From positions 682,001-746,000 of the forward strand of contig QPMI01000017.1 in assembly GCA_004431415.1 (NCBI GenBank): DNA of 64,000 nucleotides, given 5' to 3'. The translations under genes were made by a program, and so were the position numbers. This DNA is from Cyanophora paradoxa CCMP329 (lineage: Eukaryota; Plantae; Glaucophyta). Shown here piece by piece: positions 25,288 through 37,842 of this stretch. The notes beneath the pieces are model-generated. The model worked only from the letters and a program-made list of their open reading frames with translations. It was not told the origin of the DNA and did no database searches. Numbering within the stretch: the first letter of the stretch is position 1; each line of letters begins with the position of its first letter.

Positions 25288-26683
25288 CGCCCACGGCTTG
25301 GCGCAGCTGGCCTTGGTGCTGAGGACACGCGTATGTCACATCTGGACTCCGACGTGCGCCCTGCCCCGGGCCCGGCGCCGGCGCGCGCTGCGCTTGCCCT
25401 CGCGCGCGGCCATTGAGTCGAACTCCGCGCGCCTGCTCCGGTCACGCGCTCAGATCTTCATGCTGAACGAGGATGGCTCCCTCACGGACGGTAATCGCGT
25501 ACCCCCGCCAGCGCCCCGGCCCCCCGGCCTGGACGCATGATCACGCGCCGCCGCAGAGGCGCTGGCGGCGCTCGGGGCGGACGGGGCCATCGAGCTTGAG
25601 GACGGGAGTGTCATCTTCGCCGAGGCGCGCGGCTTGTACCCCCGATCGCCGACCGCCCTGACGTTTGAACCCCCCCTCAGAACGGTGAGCTGCACCGCGT
25701 GCACGTGGACGCGGAGGTGCAGGCGGCGGACGAGGGGTACACGAGCTACAGCGCGGTGCGCGGGCGGGGAACGGGGATCCGTCAATGTTCGAGTCGCGGG
25801 CTGTAGGAGGGATACAGCGGGGCGGAGGAGACGCAGGCGGCCGAGGCGGAGTCTGCGGAGTCTGCGGAGGGGTACGCGTTCGAAGCGCATTCGGACGGCG
25901 GCCTAGCCTACGCGGTGCGCCCCCCCCCTCCTCCCCCCCCCTTCCCCACCCCCCCCCTCCCTCCCCCCACCCTCCCCCGCCCTTTCTTCCGGCTCGGCGC
26001 CGGCGTGGCCGACCTGTACAGCCCCCCCTCCCCCAGGACGGAGACCTGGCGGGCCTGTGCCACGCGGGCCACGAGCCGGCGGCCCTCTGCTGAGAGCCCC
26101 GCGCCCCATCCGAGCTCCGAGGCTCCGGGGCGGCGCCCGTGCCTGCGCTGCTAAACGTAGCTGCAGGTCTTAAGCGGCTGCCCCTGTCGCACTCAGAGCC
26201 CCGGGCGCCCCGCGCCCCGCGCTGGCAGCATCGTGTTCTATGTGGACAGGTCCGGATCCTGTGATTGCTCTCTTAAGCTTACAGCTTCCGTCGCCAAGTT
26301 CTCTCTCTGGTGGAGGTGGCCCTGCTGCCGTGATCATGAGCATTAAAATTTTAGCCACATTCGTGTTCGTCGTTGCCTCGCATGGTGTCGTCGCAAGTAG
26401 ACTGCGCATGAGACTATAGCTAGTGCTGCAGCTGAAGCCCGCGGCAAGCTTGAGACGGCATGCTCAAGACAAACACCATGCATATGCATATGCATGGGCC
26501 TCACAAGAAAGTGGCTGGTGCACTGGGCACGCATGCGCATGCGGCATGCATTTGCACCTTGGCATTGCGGCATGTAGCCGGCGCAAGATCTAGCCTCTGT
26601 AAGATCCAGCCATGGCCACTAATATAAGATGGGGGCGAGGAAGGGGGGAGCGAATGGCGGCGAGGGGAGCTCGAGGGGGCGGG

Positions 26684-28989
26684 CTAGACGGAGCTGCCCA
26701 TGGCGGCCTGGAACTGCTCGTACTTGGGGAGGAAGGAGCCCGTGGTGGGCTTGGTGGCCGCCAGGGCCCCCTCGAGGTCCTCCCGCGTGATGCGCCCGAG
26801 GCGGAGCGCCGCCTGCTGCGCCGCGTCCAGCTCCCCGCTCTCCAGCAGCGCCATCGCCCGCCGCAGCGGCCGCATCGCCGCCTCCCGGCACACCAGCGCC
26901 GCGTCCGCCCCGCTGTACCCCTCCGTGCGCCGCGCGACGGCGGCGAGGTCGATGCGCTCGAGCTCGGCGCGCTCCTCGGTGAGGTGCATGCAGAACATGC
27001 GGAGGCGCGCCTCCTCGTTGGGCAGCGGCACGAGGACGCGCTTCTCAAGGCGGCGGAGCATGGCCTGGTCGAGCTCCCACGGGAGGTTCGAGGCGGCGAG
27101 GACGAAGACGTGCGCGGCGGAGCGGACGAGGCCGTCCATCTGTATGAGGAGCTCGGTCTTGAGGCGGCGGGAGCCCTCGTGCTCGTCCCCGGAGCCGCGC
27201 TGCGCCATCAGCGCGTCCAGCTCGTCGAGGAAGATGGTGGAGGGCGCGTGGTGCCGGGCCACCTCGAAGAGGCAGCGGATCAGCTTCTCCGACTCGCCCC
27301 GCCACTTCGAGACGACCGTCGAGGCCGAGATGTTGAAGAACGTCGTCTGGCACTCTGCCGCCGCACGCGGGCGCGCCCGCGTCAGGCGCGCGCGGATCGT
27401 CTTTGAGGAAAAACCGTACCCGTGGCGACGGCCTTGGCGAGCATGGTCTTGCCCGTACCCGGGGGGCCGTGTACTGCAGGGGTACGTGAGGTGGCGTCCG
27501 CGGGAAGGGGGTACGGGGGCGCACGGAGGACGCCGCGCCAGGGCTGCAGGAGCCCCGTGAAGAGCTGGGGGAATTTGATCTGCGCGGGGCGCCTGAGACG
27601 AGCGAGGGGGCCGAGCGGGAAGCGCGGGAAGGGCGGACGGGCATGACGACGGCCTCCTTCAGAAGGCGCTTGGCCTCGTCGAGGCCGACGACGTCGTCCC
27701 AGCGCACGTTCGGGCTCTCCATCTGGATGTCCCGCTGGATGATGTGCGCCAGCTCCCGCATCTCGTGGTTCCCGAAGTCCGGCAGCGGCTTCAGCAGCCG
27801 CCGCGCGAAGAAGTCCTCCCCGCCCTCCTCGTCCCGCGCCGGCGCCGGCGGCGGCGACGCCTCCGGCCCCTTCGCCGCCCCCGCCCTCCGCGAGGCCACC
27901 GCCGCCTGCGCCGCCCCGCCGTGAGCGGGCGGCGCCGGCGGGGCGGCGGGAGCACTCAGAAAGGGCTCACGGGCGCCATAGAGAAGCCGTCGACGCCGAT
28001 GGGCCCGACCCCCGGCGGGGGCGCCGGCCCGTCCGCCCCGCCGTCCACCTCTGCCGGGCCGGTCGAGCCGGGCGGGAAGGGAGCGCAACGGGCGGAGAGG
28101 GCGGGCGAACCGCGCGGCTTGCGCTTGGCGGCGGCGCCGTTCGCGGCGGGCACGGGAGGCTTCGACGCCCGGCGCTTCGCGTCGTCCTCTGCGAGCCCGC
28201 GTCGGGGGGGGGGGGGGCGCCTCGCATGCGCGCGGCGCTGCGGCGGCGGCGCACGGGCGGCGGCTGCGGGGGCGGCGGCGGGCGGGCTCCCTTCCGGCCG
28301 CGGGGATATGGCCGAGGCTGCGGAGGGGATGCGCGGCAGCGACGGCTCCCTGCGGCGGCGCGCGGGTCGGATCGCGGCGCGCGGGATACGCTTGCCGCTG
28401 AGCGTACTTGGGATTGGATTCCGGCCGCTCTGGCCGCTCCGGTCGCGTGCTCCGCGGCGGCTTGCGGTCCATCACTGCCGGCCACGATTAGCGGAATCCG
28501 CGGCGAGGGTGGCCGGGGGCGCACTGAGCTCGCCGCCTGCGCTCAGGACGCCTGCTCCGACCTTCCGCACGAGCTTGGGCCGCTTGCCGAACTTCACCTC
28601 GTAGTACTCTTCGAACTCCTGCGGGCGCGGTCTCAGACCCGCGCTCGGGCGCCCCGCGGAGTCCGCGCCTGCAGAACCATCATGAGATCGATGTTGTCCG
28701 CCGCGTCGAACTTCTGCAAGCTCATGCCGCTCTCGGCCTGCAGCCGCTCCGAGCTCTCGACGTAACTGGTGCCAGGTCAAACGCTGGCGGCTCAAGAAAG
28801 CGCAGCCGCCCGCACCCGTTGTCAATCAGGTGGCGCGCGATGAGCACAAGGCATGCTCGCTTGCGCTCCTGGTCTATGCGCTCTTGCTGCGGCCACGGGC
28901 TCAGCGCGCATTTGAAAGGTCCGGCGATTGAGCGGCACCTTCTCCTTCGCCTCGTTGGCGGCTTTGATGCTCGCTAGCGTGGACGACAT
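26684..28989 (-). CDS. KATNAL2: Katanin p60 ATPase-containing subunit A-like 2 (LisH plus AAA+), spliced
   Basis: [13 protein letters not shown]...[14 protein letters not shown]|[93 protein letters not shown] and SNLPWELD. Confidence 0.92.
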
Positions 28990-29298
28990 CGTCCCGCTTG
29001 GCCGAAAGCAAAACGCCCGCGGCCCGCCAGAAAAGGGGGTACCACAAGCGAGCCTGGCGAAGATGGTGCGCCGCGCCGGCGCCCCAGCCCGCGTAGAAGG
29101 GACCTGTGCGGCCTTCAGACGCTCTGGACCCCTCCGGGGCGCTGGCTCTGACGCCAGCGCGGAACGCCGTGCTAGTGACGTAGCTAGGCTTGGGCAACCC
29201 AACCACGAACGTGCACTGATGTACGCTTTGCGCGCTCGCAGGATCCGTCCGCCACGCTGCCGCTGACGACGGCTTCGCTGCCCTCCTTCGCTGGCAAA

Positions 29299-32200
29299 AT
29301 GCGGCCGCCAGACGACCCCGGCGGCGGCGCGGCAGGCAAGGCTGCAAACGCTGCTGCGGAGGCAGCGAAAGCAGAGGCGGCTCGGAAGCAGGTCAGCAGG
29401 CCCGCCGCGCCGAGCTGCGCCTGCGCCTGCGCCCGTTTCCCGCATCGGCGCCCGATCCGGACTGAGCGCCGGCGTGGCGAGCACTGCAGATGCTGCAGGA
29501 ATGGCGGCTGACCGTGGGGAAGCTGGGCGTCTCCATCGCGTCGATGCTGGAGGACCTGCAGGGGCGGGGCTGGTGGGGCGGCGCCACGCGCACGCAGCGC
29601 TCTCCCGCGCGCAAGGGCAACCTGCAGCGCGAGATCGAGCGCGTGCGCTCCGTCATCGCCACCCTCGGTGCGCCCCGGGCCCCGCCCGCCGCCCCGCTCT
29701 GCTTTGCTTGACTTGGCACCCTCCGCGCACCGCAGACGGGACGCCGGACCCGGGCCCGCCGCGCATGGGCCTCGCGGAGCGCTCGGAGCGGCCGCCCAAC
29801 TCGAGCCCGCCCCGCTCTGGCCGCCGCATCGTCGAGCCGCCCGCTTCCGCCTCCAAGCCCGGCCCCTCCCGTGCGCCCGCCCGCCCGCCCGCCCGCCCCT
29901 GTCCCGCGCCCGCCCCGCGCCCGCCCGACGCCCCGCCCGCAGCCTCCCCGCCCGCCCCGCCGAGCCCGGCATGTTCCCCCCACTCTCCTCCGGCCCAAGC
30001 CCCCTCGTCTCCGTCCCCGCGACCCCCGCCCCGCCCCCGCCCCGTACCCCCCGGGGAGGCCCCTACCCCCGGCCTCCCGACCTTCCTCCCGGCCTCCGCG
30101 CGTATCGAGCGCTCGACCTTCATGCCCTTCCCTGACGCCGAGCGCTACGAGACCGCCGTCGAGAGTGCGCCCGTACCCCCGCTTTCTTGTCCCCCCTCCG
30201 GCCGACGCCGTACTCCCCCCCCCCCCCGCAGCGGACGCGAGCAACCCGCTCCGGTGGACGGCTTCCATCTTCCCCAGAAGCACCCTGGCGACCGCCAGGC
30301 GCGCCCTTACCCTCCTCCGCTCCGCCCTACCCCCCCCCCCCCCCCCCCCCCCCAGGACGCGGCGCTGCTGCACGCGTGGATGGACGCGGCGCTCTCGCGG
30401 GCCGGCATCTCCGAGGCCAACGCCGTCGGTCCGCGTACCCCCCTCCGCTACCTCTACCCCCCCCTAAAGGGCGCCGGGCAGAGCGGTTCGACGAGGCGCT
30501 GGCGATCCACTCCGTCGTCGCCCTCGAGCTCATGCGCGAGGCGCGGCCCCTCTACCCCCCTCCCCCTTCCCCTTCTCGCCCTCCTTTCTTCTCTTCCCCC
30601 TCCCCCCCCCGTACCCCCTCCTCTCCTCGCCTTTCTGAGCTGTCTCTGCGCCTCCCCCGCAGGTCTCGACGGCGTCGATGGAGCGCGGGCTGCTGCTGGG
30701 CCTCCTCTGGCGGGGCGCCCTCGCCCTCCTCTCCGGCTTCCTCGCCGCCGCCAAGGCCGACCGCGACCGCTTCGACGCCGCCGCCGCCGCCCGTCCGCCC
30801 CCTCCGGCCCGCGAGGGAGCGCAAGTAAGAGGGGCCTGAGGCCGCGCCGCAGAGAAGCGGGAGCGGGCGGAGTGGGAGGAGGAGCGGGCGCGGGTTCGGC
30901 GGACGATCCTCTCGCTGCAGTCGGAGGTCGAGGAGGTGCGGGCGGCCGCGCAGAGGGCCGAGGAGCTCGCCGCCGCCCGCGCCGAGGAGCTCGCCGCCGA
31001 GCGCGCCGCCCACAAGAAGGCCCGCCCCGCCCCGCCCCGCCCGCAGCTCGTCCTCTGCTTTTCATGCTCGCCTCTCAACTGCGGCCGGGGCAGCTGCAAG
31101 CGGACGTGGACCTGTGGATGCCGCAGTGGCGCGAGTACTTCGCCTCGGACCTCGCCGCCCAACTCCCCTCCTTCGGTGGCCGCCCTTCCTCCCCAGCCTT
31201 CTTCTTTTTCGCTTGGAGGGCGCTGAGGGGGCCGGCCCGGCCGGCGGCGGCAGACCTGAAGGAGGGGGTGGCCTTCAAGATGCGGCAGCCGCAGGAGTAC
31301 CTCCGCTGGCGCCGCGCCCGCTCCCGCGCCGAGAGCCGCGCCTCCCGCGTCGCCTCCCGCGCCGCCCGCAAGGCCGCCGCCGCCGCCTCCGCCTCCTCCC
31401 CCTCGGGGAGCTCCCCGGGCCCCTCCGCCTCGCCCGGCCCCGCCGCCGCCAGCGCCGCCGCCTCGCCGGGGCCGGCGGGGAGCCCCGCCCCGCCGCCTCC
31501 CCCGCCCCCGACGCCGTCGCCGGCGAGTCTCTCTTCCTTTCCCCGTCCCCGTTCTCTGTACCCCCTTCCCTAACGGGCGGTGCGGGGCAGAGCTGGCGGC
31601 GCGGGCGGCGGCTGAGGCGGTGCAGTCACCGCGGGACTCGGAGGCGGATGCGGAGGCGGGGGGCACGCCGGCCCCGGCGGGGGCCCCCGGCTCCGCCGCC
31701 CGCACGCCGGCCGGCTCGACGCCCCAGCCCGGGTCCGCGGCGGCGGCGGCGGCGGAGGGCGGGGGGGAGGAAGGGGAGGGGGCGGGGCCCTCGGAGGCCG
31801 CGGGGGAGGGGGCGGCGGCGAGGCCCGAAGGCGAGGCAGGCGAGGAGGGGGAGGAGGAGGAGGAGGACGAGGAGGACCCCGAGGAGGGCGAGGCGCGCCC
31901 GCCTCCCCTCCACCCCGCAAGAGCGCGCCTGAGCGAGGGGGGCCGCGCAGGCTTGGGACGAGGAGGAGAGGGCGAAGATCGACTGGTTCTCCCACCTCGA
32001 GCTCGCCGACGTCCTCCGGTGCCCCCCGCCCCGCCCCGTCCCGCAGCTCCCGCCGGGCCCGCCCCTCTGAACGCGCGCGGGGCGGGGCGCAGGGAGGACG
32101 CCGAGCGCTGCCTGCAGGCGATGTGCGCACGCAGCCCGCCTGCCCGCGCCGCCCTCCCCTCCCTTTGCTCGGGCGCGACCTTGACCCGGGCCCGGCGGCA

Positions 32201-35200
32201 GCGCGCACATCGCGGACCACGGGAAGCTGGTGCTCAAGCAGGAGCTCGCCGCCGCCAAGGCCGACATCGCCGAGCTCTCCGAGACCCGCGACGACATCGA
32301 GGCGCGCCGCCTCTCCTTCAGCACGAGCTCTAAGCTAAAAGCTCTGAGCTCACGCCGGCGCGCGCAGAGGCAGCTGCGGGCGATCAGCGACCTGAACCAG
32401 GAGCTGCTCCTCAAGCTCGAGAAGTGGGAGTCCCGCGCCCAGTCGGACGCCACGACACAGACCGAGCGCCACCGGGGCGCCCACGCGCCGGGGGCCCCCG
32501 CCGCCCCCGGGGAGCCGGCGAGCTACGGGGTGGCGGGGAACCTCTACGCCGAGTGGGAGGAGGAGGCGGCGAGCTTCCAGACGGCGGACGCGGCGCGGCG
32601 CCTCGTCTCGCACGCCTCCGTCCCCGCCGGCTTCCGGCGCCTCTTCTCCACCTACATCTCCGACGGTCCCGCTCGGCCCCCGCCAGAGACGAGCGGGCGG
32701 CCCGGCCGCGAATAGAATAGACCCTTACCCGTCCTTCCGCAGAGTACGTGGCGCAGCTGATGCCGCTGCCGGCGGTTCAGGCCTTCATCTTCGACATCTA
32801 CAGGCGCGCCCGTTCCCGGGCGCCCCGCCCCCAGCGCCGCCGCCTTTCTGGCTGCGAGCCCCGTCTCCTGTGCGCAGCGAGAAGATCGTGGTGGACGCCG
32901 TCGACGACGTCGAGCAGAAGACCAGGCCCGCCCCCCCTCCGCCCTCCGCCTCGAAAGAGGCGCAGGGCGGCCGCTCACGGCCGCTCACGGGCGGGGCGGG
33001 GCGGGCAGGATGACGCTGCCCGACTTCCTCTACGGGTACTTCCTCCGCGAGTACGGCCACCGCCGCGGCCGCGCCGAGCTCGTCCGCCCGCTTCGCCCCG
33101 CCCCGCCCCGCCCGCCGGGCCAGCCCCGGGCCCGGCGCTCACGGAGAGGGCGGCAGCGGCTGGTGGACTTCTTCTCGTCGCTGCGCACGTACTACGAGGA
33201 GTCCGTCCGCGTCCAGGTGCCCTGCGCTGGGCCCTCGTTCGGGCCGAGGCGCCTTGCCTCTTCGTTTGGCTGAGCTTGAAGGACTGCACCCCGCCGCGCC
33301 CGCAGACCTTCTGCTCGCTGCTGGGCATCCCCGCGGGGGCGCGGCCCCTCTCCGTCTTCGCTGTCGACTTCCTCCTGAAGGCCAGCCCCGCGACTCCGCG
33401 AAAGAGCTCTCTTCTTAAGCTTCGGCTGAGTACTGGTACCCCGCAGGTGTTCGGGAGCGTGATGCTGAGCGGGGAGGTGCGGGAGGGGTACGACAAGTCG
33501 CCGTGGCTCCCGGAGGCGGCGGCCGAGCGGGCGCTGCGGGCGTGCCTGGTGACGCGGGCGCGGGCGGAGGGCGGGGGCGCCGAGGAGGCGGAGGAGGCGG
33601 TGCGCCCCGCGCTGGCTCGCCTCGCCGAGCTCGTCCAGTTCAAGGAGGTCCTATCCCCGTCCCCCCCGCCTCCTCTCAGCCCCGCCCCGGCCCTCACTGT
33701 CCTGGGCGCAGGTGCCGGGGCGCGGGGAGGCGCTGACGGAGGCGCTGCGGGAGGTGGAACGGGGCCGCTTCGTGCAGCTCGACCGCCTCCTCGAGCTCGC
33801 CCTCGACGCCTGGCAGGTGGGTGGGTGGGTGGGTGGGGGGGGGGGGGGGGGGGGGGGGGGGAAGAGGGGGGTAGGCGGGGTAGAGTCAGAGGAAGGCTGG
33901 CAGGTGAAGGGCTAGGAAGAGGCGGGGTAGAGTGAGGGGAGGGCCGAGCGCCGAGCGCCACGCCCCCGCCCTCGCTCTTGCCCGGGGCTTGCGCCCCGCG
34001 ACGCCGACGCCGACGCCGGGGGGCCCGCAGGACGACGTCGAGCAGCGGGACCCGCACTACCGCCAGGCCCGCCCCGCCCCGCCCCGCCCCGCCCCCTCGC
34101 TTGAAAAAGCTTATCGCGCCCTCGCCCGCGCCGCCCCGGGGCAGATCTTCAAGGCGGGGACGGTGGAGTGCGAGGGGCGCATGTCCGTCACCGAGTTCCG
34201 CCTCGTCGCCAGCGCCTGCTGCCCCGCCGCCTCCGACCGCCAGGCCCGCCCCGCCACGGCCGTCGATCCCGCCGGCTCGCCTGAGGCTTAGGGGCGGCAG
34301 GTGTGGCGCATGTGCGTGTCGGCGCTGCGGTACTCGCCGGCGGGGGCGGGCCCCGACCGCGAGCTCGGGGCCGCCGGCCGCGCCGACACGATCGGCCTCA
34401 TGGCCTTCGTCGCCACCGCCGCCGCCTACGGCTTCAAGTACGACGACGTGCGCCGCGGGCTCCATATATATTAAATCTCCTATTCGGGGCGCTCTTTTAA
34501 TCTTTTAAACTTTAGATCTTCTTATCGATGCGCTCTCTTAAGGCCTTTCGCTGTTCGGCGCGCAGGACACGAAGCTGGCTGTGCTGCACCGGATGTGGGA
34601 CCTGGCGGAGGAGTCGGTGGCGCAGGCGGTGCGGGGCCTCAAGGACAGCGTCGCGCGGCCCCGCGCCTACGTCAACGCCATCCAGGCCATGACCCGCTTC
34701 AAGCGGGTCCGTCCCTCCCCTTCCCCGTCTTCTTAGCCTAAGCCTCAGCTGAGCCTGGCCATGGCCAGATCCTGGAGGTGTCGGCGAAGATGTCGGCGGG
34801 GCTCTCGGCGGCGGAGATGGACGAGTACATCGACACGTACCGCGCCCTCATCGGCGAGGTCCCCCAGGAGGCCCGCGAGCGCGTCCTCGCGGTGCGTCTT
34901 CGCCTCTGGTCCGGCGAGACTCACGGGCGTCCGGCGGCCCGCTGACCACGGGGCCCCGGGCCCGCGCGCGCAGCACCTGCAGGTCGCCGGCGGGATCAAG
35001 ACCTGGGGCGCCGCGACCGTCGCCGAGTCGCAGGCGCGCCTGCAGGCGCCCGAGCTGGGGCCCGGCCCCCGCCGCCCGCGCCGCCCGCGCCGGCAGCGCC
35101 CGCGCCGGCAGCGGCGCCGGCGCCGCTGCAGGCGCCGAGCTCGACGGCGTCGCTGGCCCGGTCGGGCGCCCCCTCCGTGCAGTCCCACCGCTCCCTCGCC

Positions 35201-35328
35201 CACTCTGCCTCGGCCTCGGCCTCGGCCGCCGGCGACGCCCCGCCCCGCCCCCGACCCCGCCCCGCCCCAGCGGCCGCCCCCGCCCCCGCCCCGCCGCGCC
35301 GGGGCCGCCAACTCCGCCCCAAGCATGA
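29299..35328 (+). CDS. Large multi-exon axonemal dynein light chain domain protein (AXDND1-like) with coiled-coil and TSNAXIP1-like regions
   Basis: PGDRQ|DAALLHAWMD...ALAIHSVVALELMRE|VSTASMERGLLLGLLW fits the Ax_dynein_light pattern. IFDIY.EKIVVDAVDD...LPDFLYGYFLREYG...AEL is TSNAXIP1-like. The likely stop PTPPQA* (TGA 35326-35328) is shared with the duplicate. Confidence 0.55.
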
Positions 35329-35589
35329 GCTATTTTATATACGAATTACGTATGAACTACCGGCCACGGGGCAACTCATCAGCAAGGCCTGCAGATCGCG
35401 CTCAGCGGCTAGCGCTCTTGTGCTCAATCGCACTCCCCCCTAGAGCCGGCCAGCGGCCCCCTAGCTTCCCTTCAGACCCCCTTACCCCCTCAACGCCCTC
35501 GGCTCCCCCCCCCCTCTCCCACCCCACGCTGGCGCCGTGCACGTGGAAGCCTGGGGAGCCGGCGCGGCGGGGGAGCCGAGGGCGCTGGG

Positions 35590-35686
35590 GCTAGCTATAT
35601 ATATATATATATAAGCCTGGGTTGCCGCAGTGCCTCGGAGGTGATATACCTATATATCTATATATATATATATACCTAGCTATAAG

Positions 35687-35717
<31 letters not shown>

Positions 35718-37840
35718 AGTGAGAGCTCAGCGGCTCGAGGATGAGCTGAGCCGGGTCTAGATCTAGATCATCGCGATCGGCAGCACTTCGATCGCGATCG
35801 ACGTCTCTACAATCTATAGGCTATACTGTAGAACTAGTTAATTTAGTACAGGAAAATAATTAGTACTTTGCCAAAACTGCCACTTTGCAGCTGGTAAATC
35901 TTTAGTAGGTCGGTCTTCGCAGCCTCGCATGCGCAGGGCTTTTAATTTGTATGGCGGAGCCAGGACTACCCATGCAAATTCTCGGCTTATAAGCAGGCGG
36001 GAAACATTTTTTTGGTGGATTTAGTAAATCGCCCAAAGACTTTTAGTACTATAAATATGCAGCCCACTAAATATTTCTAGTTTAACAGTAGCTGGCCTAG
36101 CCTAGTAGATATCGTCGTATCGATCATTCGAATTCGCGGCGATCGCGGGTCGCGACTCGCGAATCTCGCGATCGGCGGCGAATATTATATATAGTACTAG
36201 TAATGTACTAGTATGATGGCGATCGGATCTAGCCTAGAGCCTATAGGCCCCATTCATGATCATGATGCGGCATTGATGCCTGCAGCTGCATGCAATTTGA
36301 TGCAAATGATCAAGTTCCGAGTTCGTAAATCTTCATGATCATTTGCGTCCGACGCCGTGACGGTCCGGTACGTCCGGACTCAGGATCGGACGTGACGCCG
36401 TGAATCGCGTGACGTGGATTCGCGTCCGAGCCGGCGCCGGGCCGCCGGGGCCCCCGCGCCGGGCCGGTCCAAGGACCGAGGTCGATTCGAAATTCAATTG
36501 CACCACACTGTGACAGTGACCACACACGTACGGTACGCGCGGCGGTACGAGCAGCACGGTCAGAGCGAGCTGCCAGCCTGGCAGCTGCACGCCGTGACGG
36601 TCTGCACGGTACTGCACCAAGCTGCTGCACCACAGTGTGACCACACACCTACGCGGCGGTACGCCGGGTACGCGGGCGGCGGCGGACCGTACGCCGGGCC
36701 TCGCCGGCGCCGAGCTCAAGTCGACGCCGACGTCGACTCGGCCCGGCCGCGGGCGGGTCGACGGTCAGCGGCCCGTCACTGACTCGACCGGGTCAGGCCT
36801 GGCCGGCCCGGCCCGCGGCCGGCGGGGTGACGCGCCGGGGTCAGCATTGACTCAGCAATGATCAGCCGGGTCAGGCCTGGCCGGGCCAGCAATGACTTAG
36901 TAGTGCACGTGACTCAGCATTAGAATTCGCATTCGCGAATTGAATTGCATTGCATATATACTAGTACTGTACATGCAGCATGCGCAGCATCATGCATATG
37001 GCATATGCAAATATTATGCATACATCCATGTAACGTACAGTTACGTACTACGTAGCCGCTGACTCGGCGGCGTCGGCGCTGATCATGAGCCCGGGGCCGG
37101 CGAGCCTGCCAGCCACTGGGCCAGTGCCAGGCTGCAGCTGTGCAGCCGCGCGCGGCGGCCGGGCCGCGCTGGCTCCGCGGCGGGCGCCGCCGGCCTAGGC
37201 TAGGCTAGGCTAGGCCGGGCCTAGACCAACTTCGTCAATTCTAGATCAAAATAGATCTGACCAACTTGGCAAGGCGGAACTTCGGAAGCTAGCCCGGCGG
37301 CCCTAGTAGGCTAGTAGTAGTAGTAGCCTAGTATACTAGTAGTACTAGTAGTAGGCCTCAGTGGCCGCCTCACCGGTACCGTGGCACTTGTACAAGTACA
37401 GCGTGGCAGTAGCTATCATATATCATAGTATACTGATAGTACTATCATAGTATCTTAGCTATAGTACGGAGTCTACGTATACGGTACGGGTGCTACAGTG
37501 CTACTGGGCTCAGGCTGCTGCTGCAGACTGCGCATGCGGCATGCAGACTCAGTGACTGCGCAGAACTATATAGCTAGGCGCATATGCATGCGGTATGCCG
37601 CAGTGCACGTGCATGAACGCGTACGTGCATGAACGTTTAACGCAACCGTATGCGGCGCCGGCTGCAACTGTAGATATTCTACGTATATATGCGTACTACG
37701 GTATACGCATAAGCACGCTATATACGTATATACGTATATATATACGTACACACGTATATATTGCGTAGATAGCCTAAGTAGCGCGAACTTCGCAATCGCT
37801 ATACATGCACATAGCTAGCTCTAGCGATTGCAACGCGCCA
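35590..37840. repeat. Non-coding low-complexity region saturated with overlapping short palindromes, plus (TA)n and poly-C
   Basis: Examples: TCTAGATCTAGATC, AGTACTAGT, TCATGATCATGA, CATATGCA, TACGTATATACGTA. A poly-C run lies at about 35687-35717. Confidence 0.85.
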
Positions 37841-37842
37841 AA

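Noticed and set aside
25450-25915. Possible small spliced acidic-protein exons (IFMLNEDGSLTD...)
   Set aside because: No clear start, stop or recognisable family.
9336-35594. Many long Arg/Pro/Gly/Ala-rich ORFs in the track (e.g. 29474-31573, 32975-34465, 16603-18057)
   Set aside because: These are shadow frames or intron read-through caused by very high GC. The real genes are spliced.
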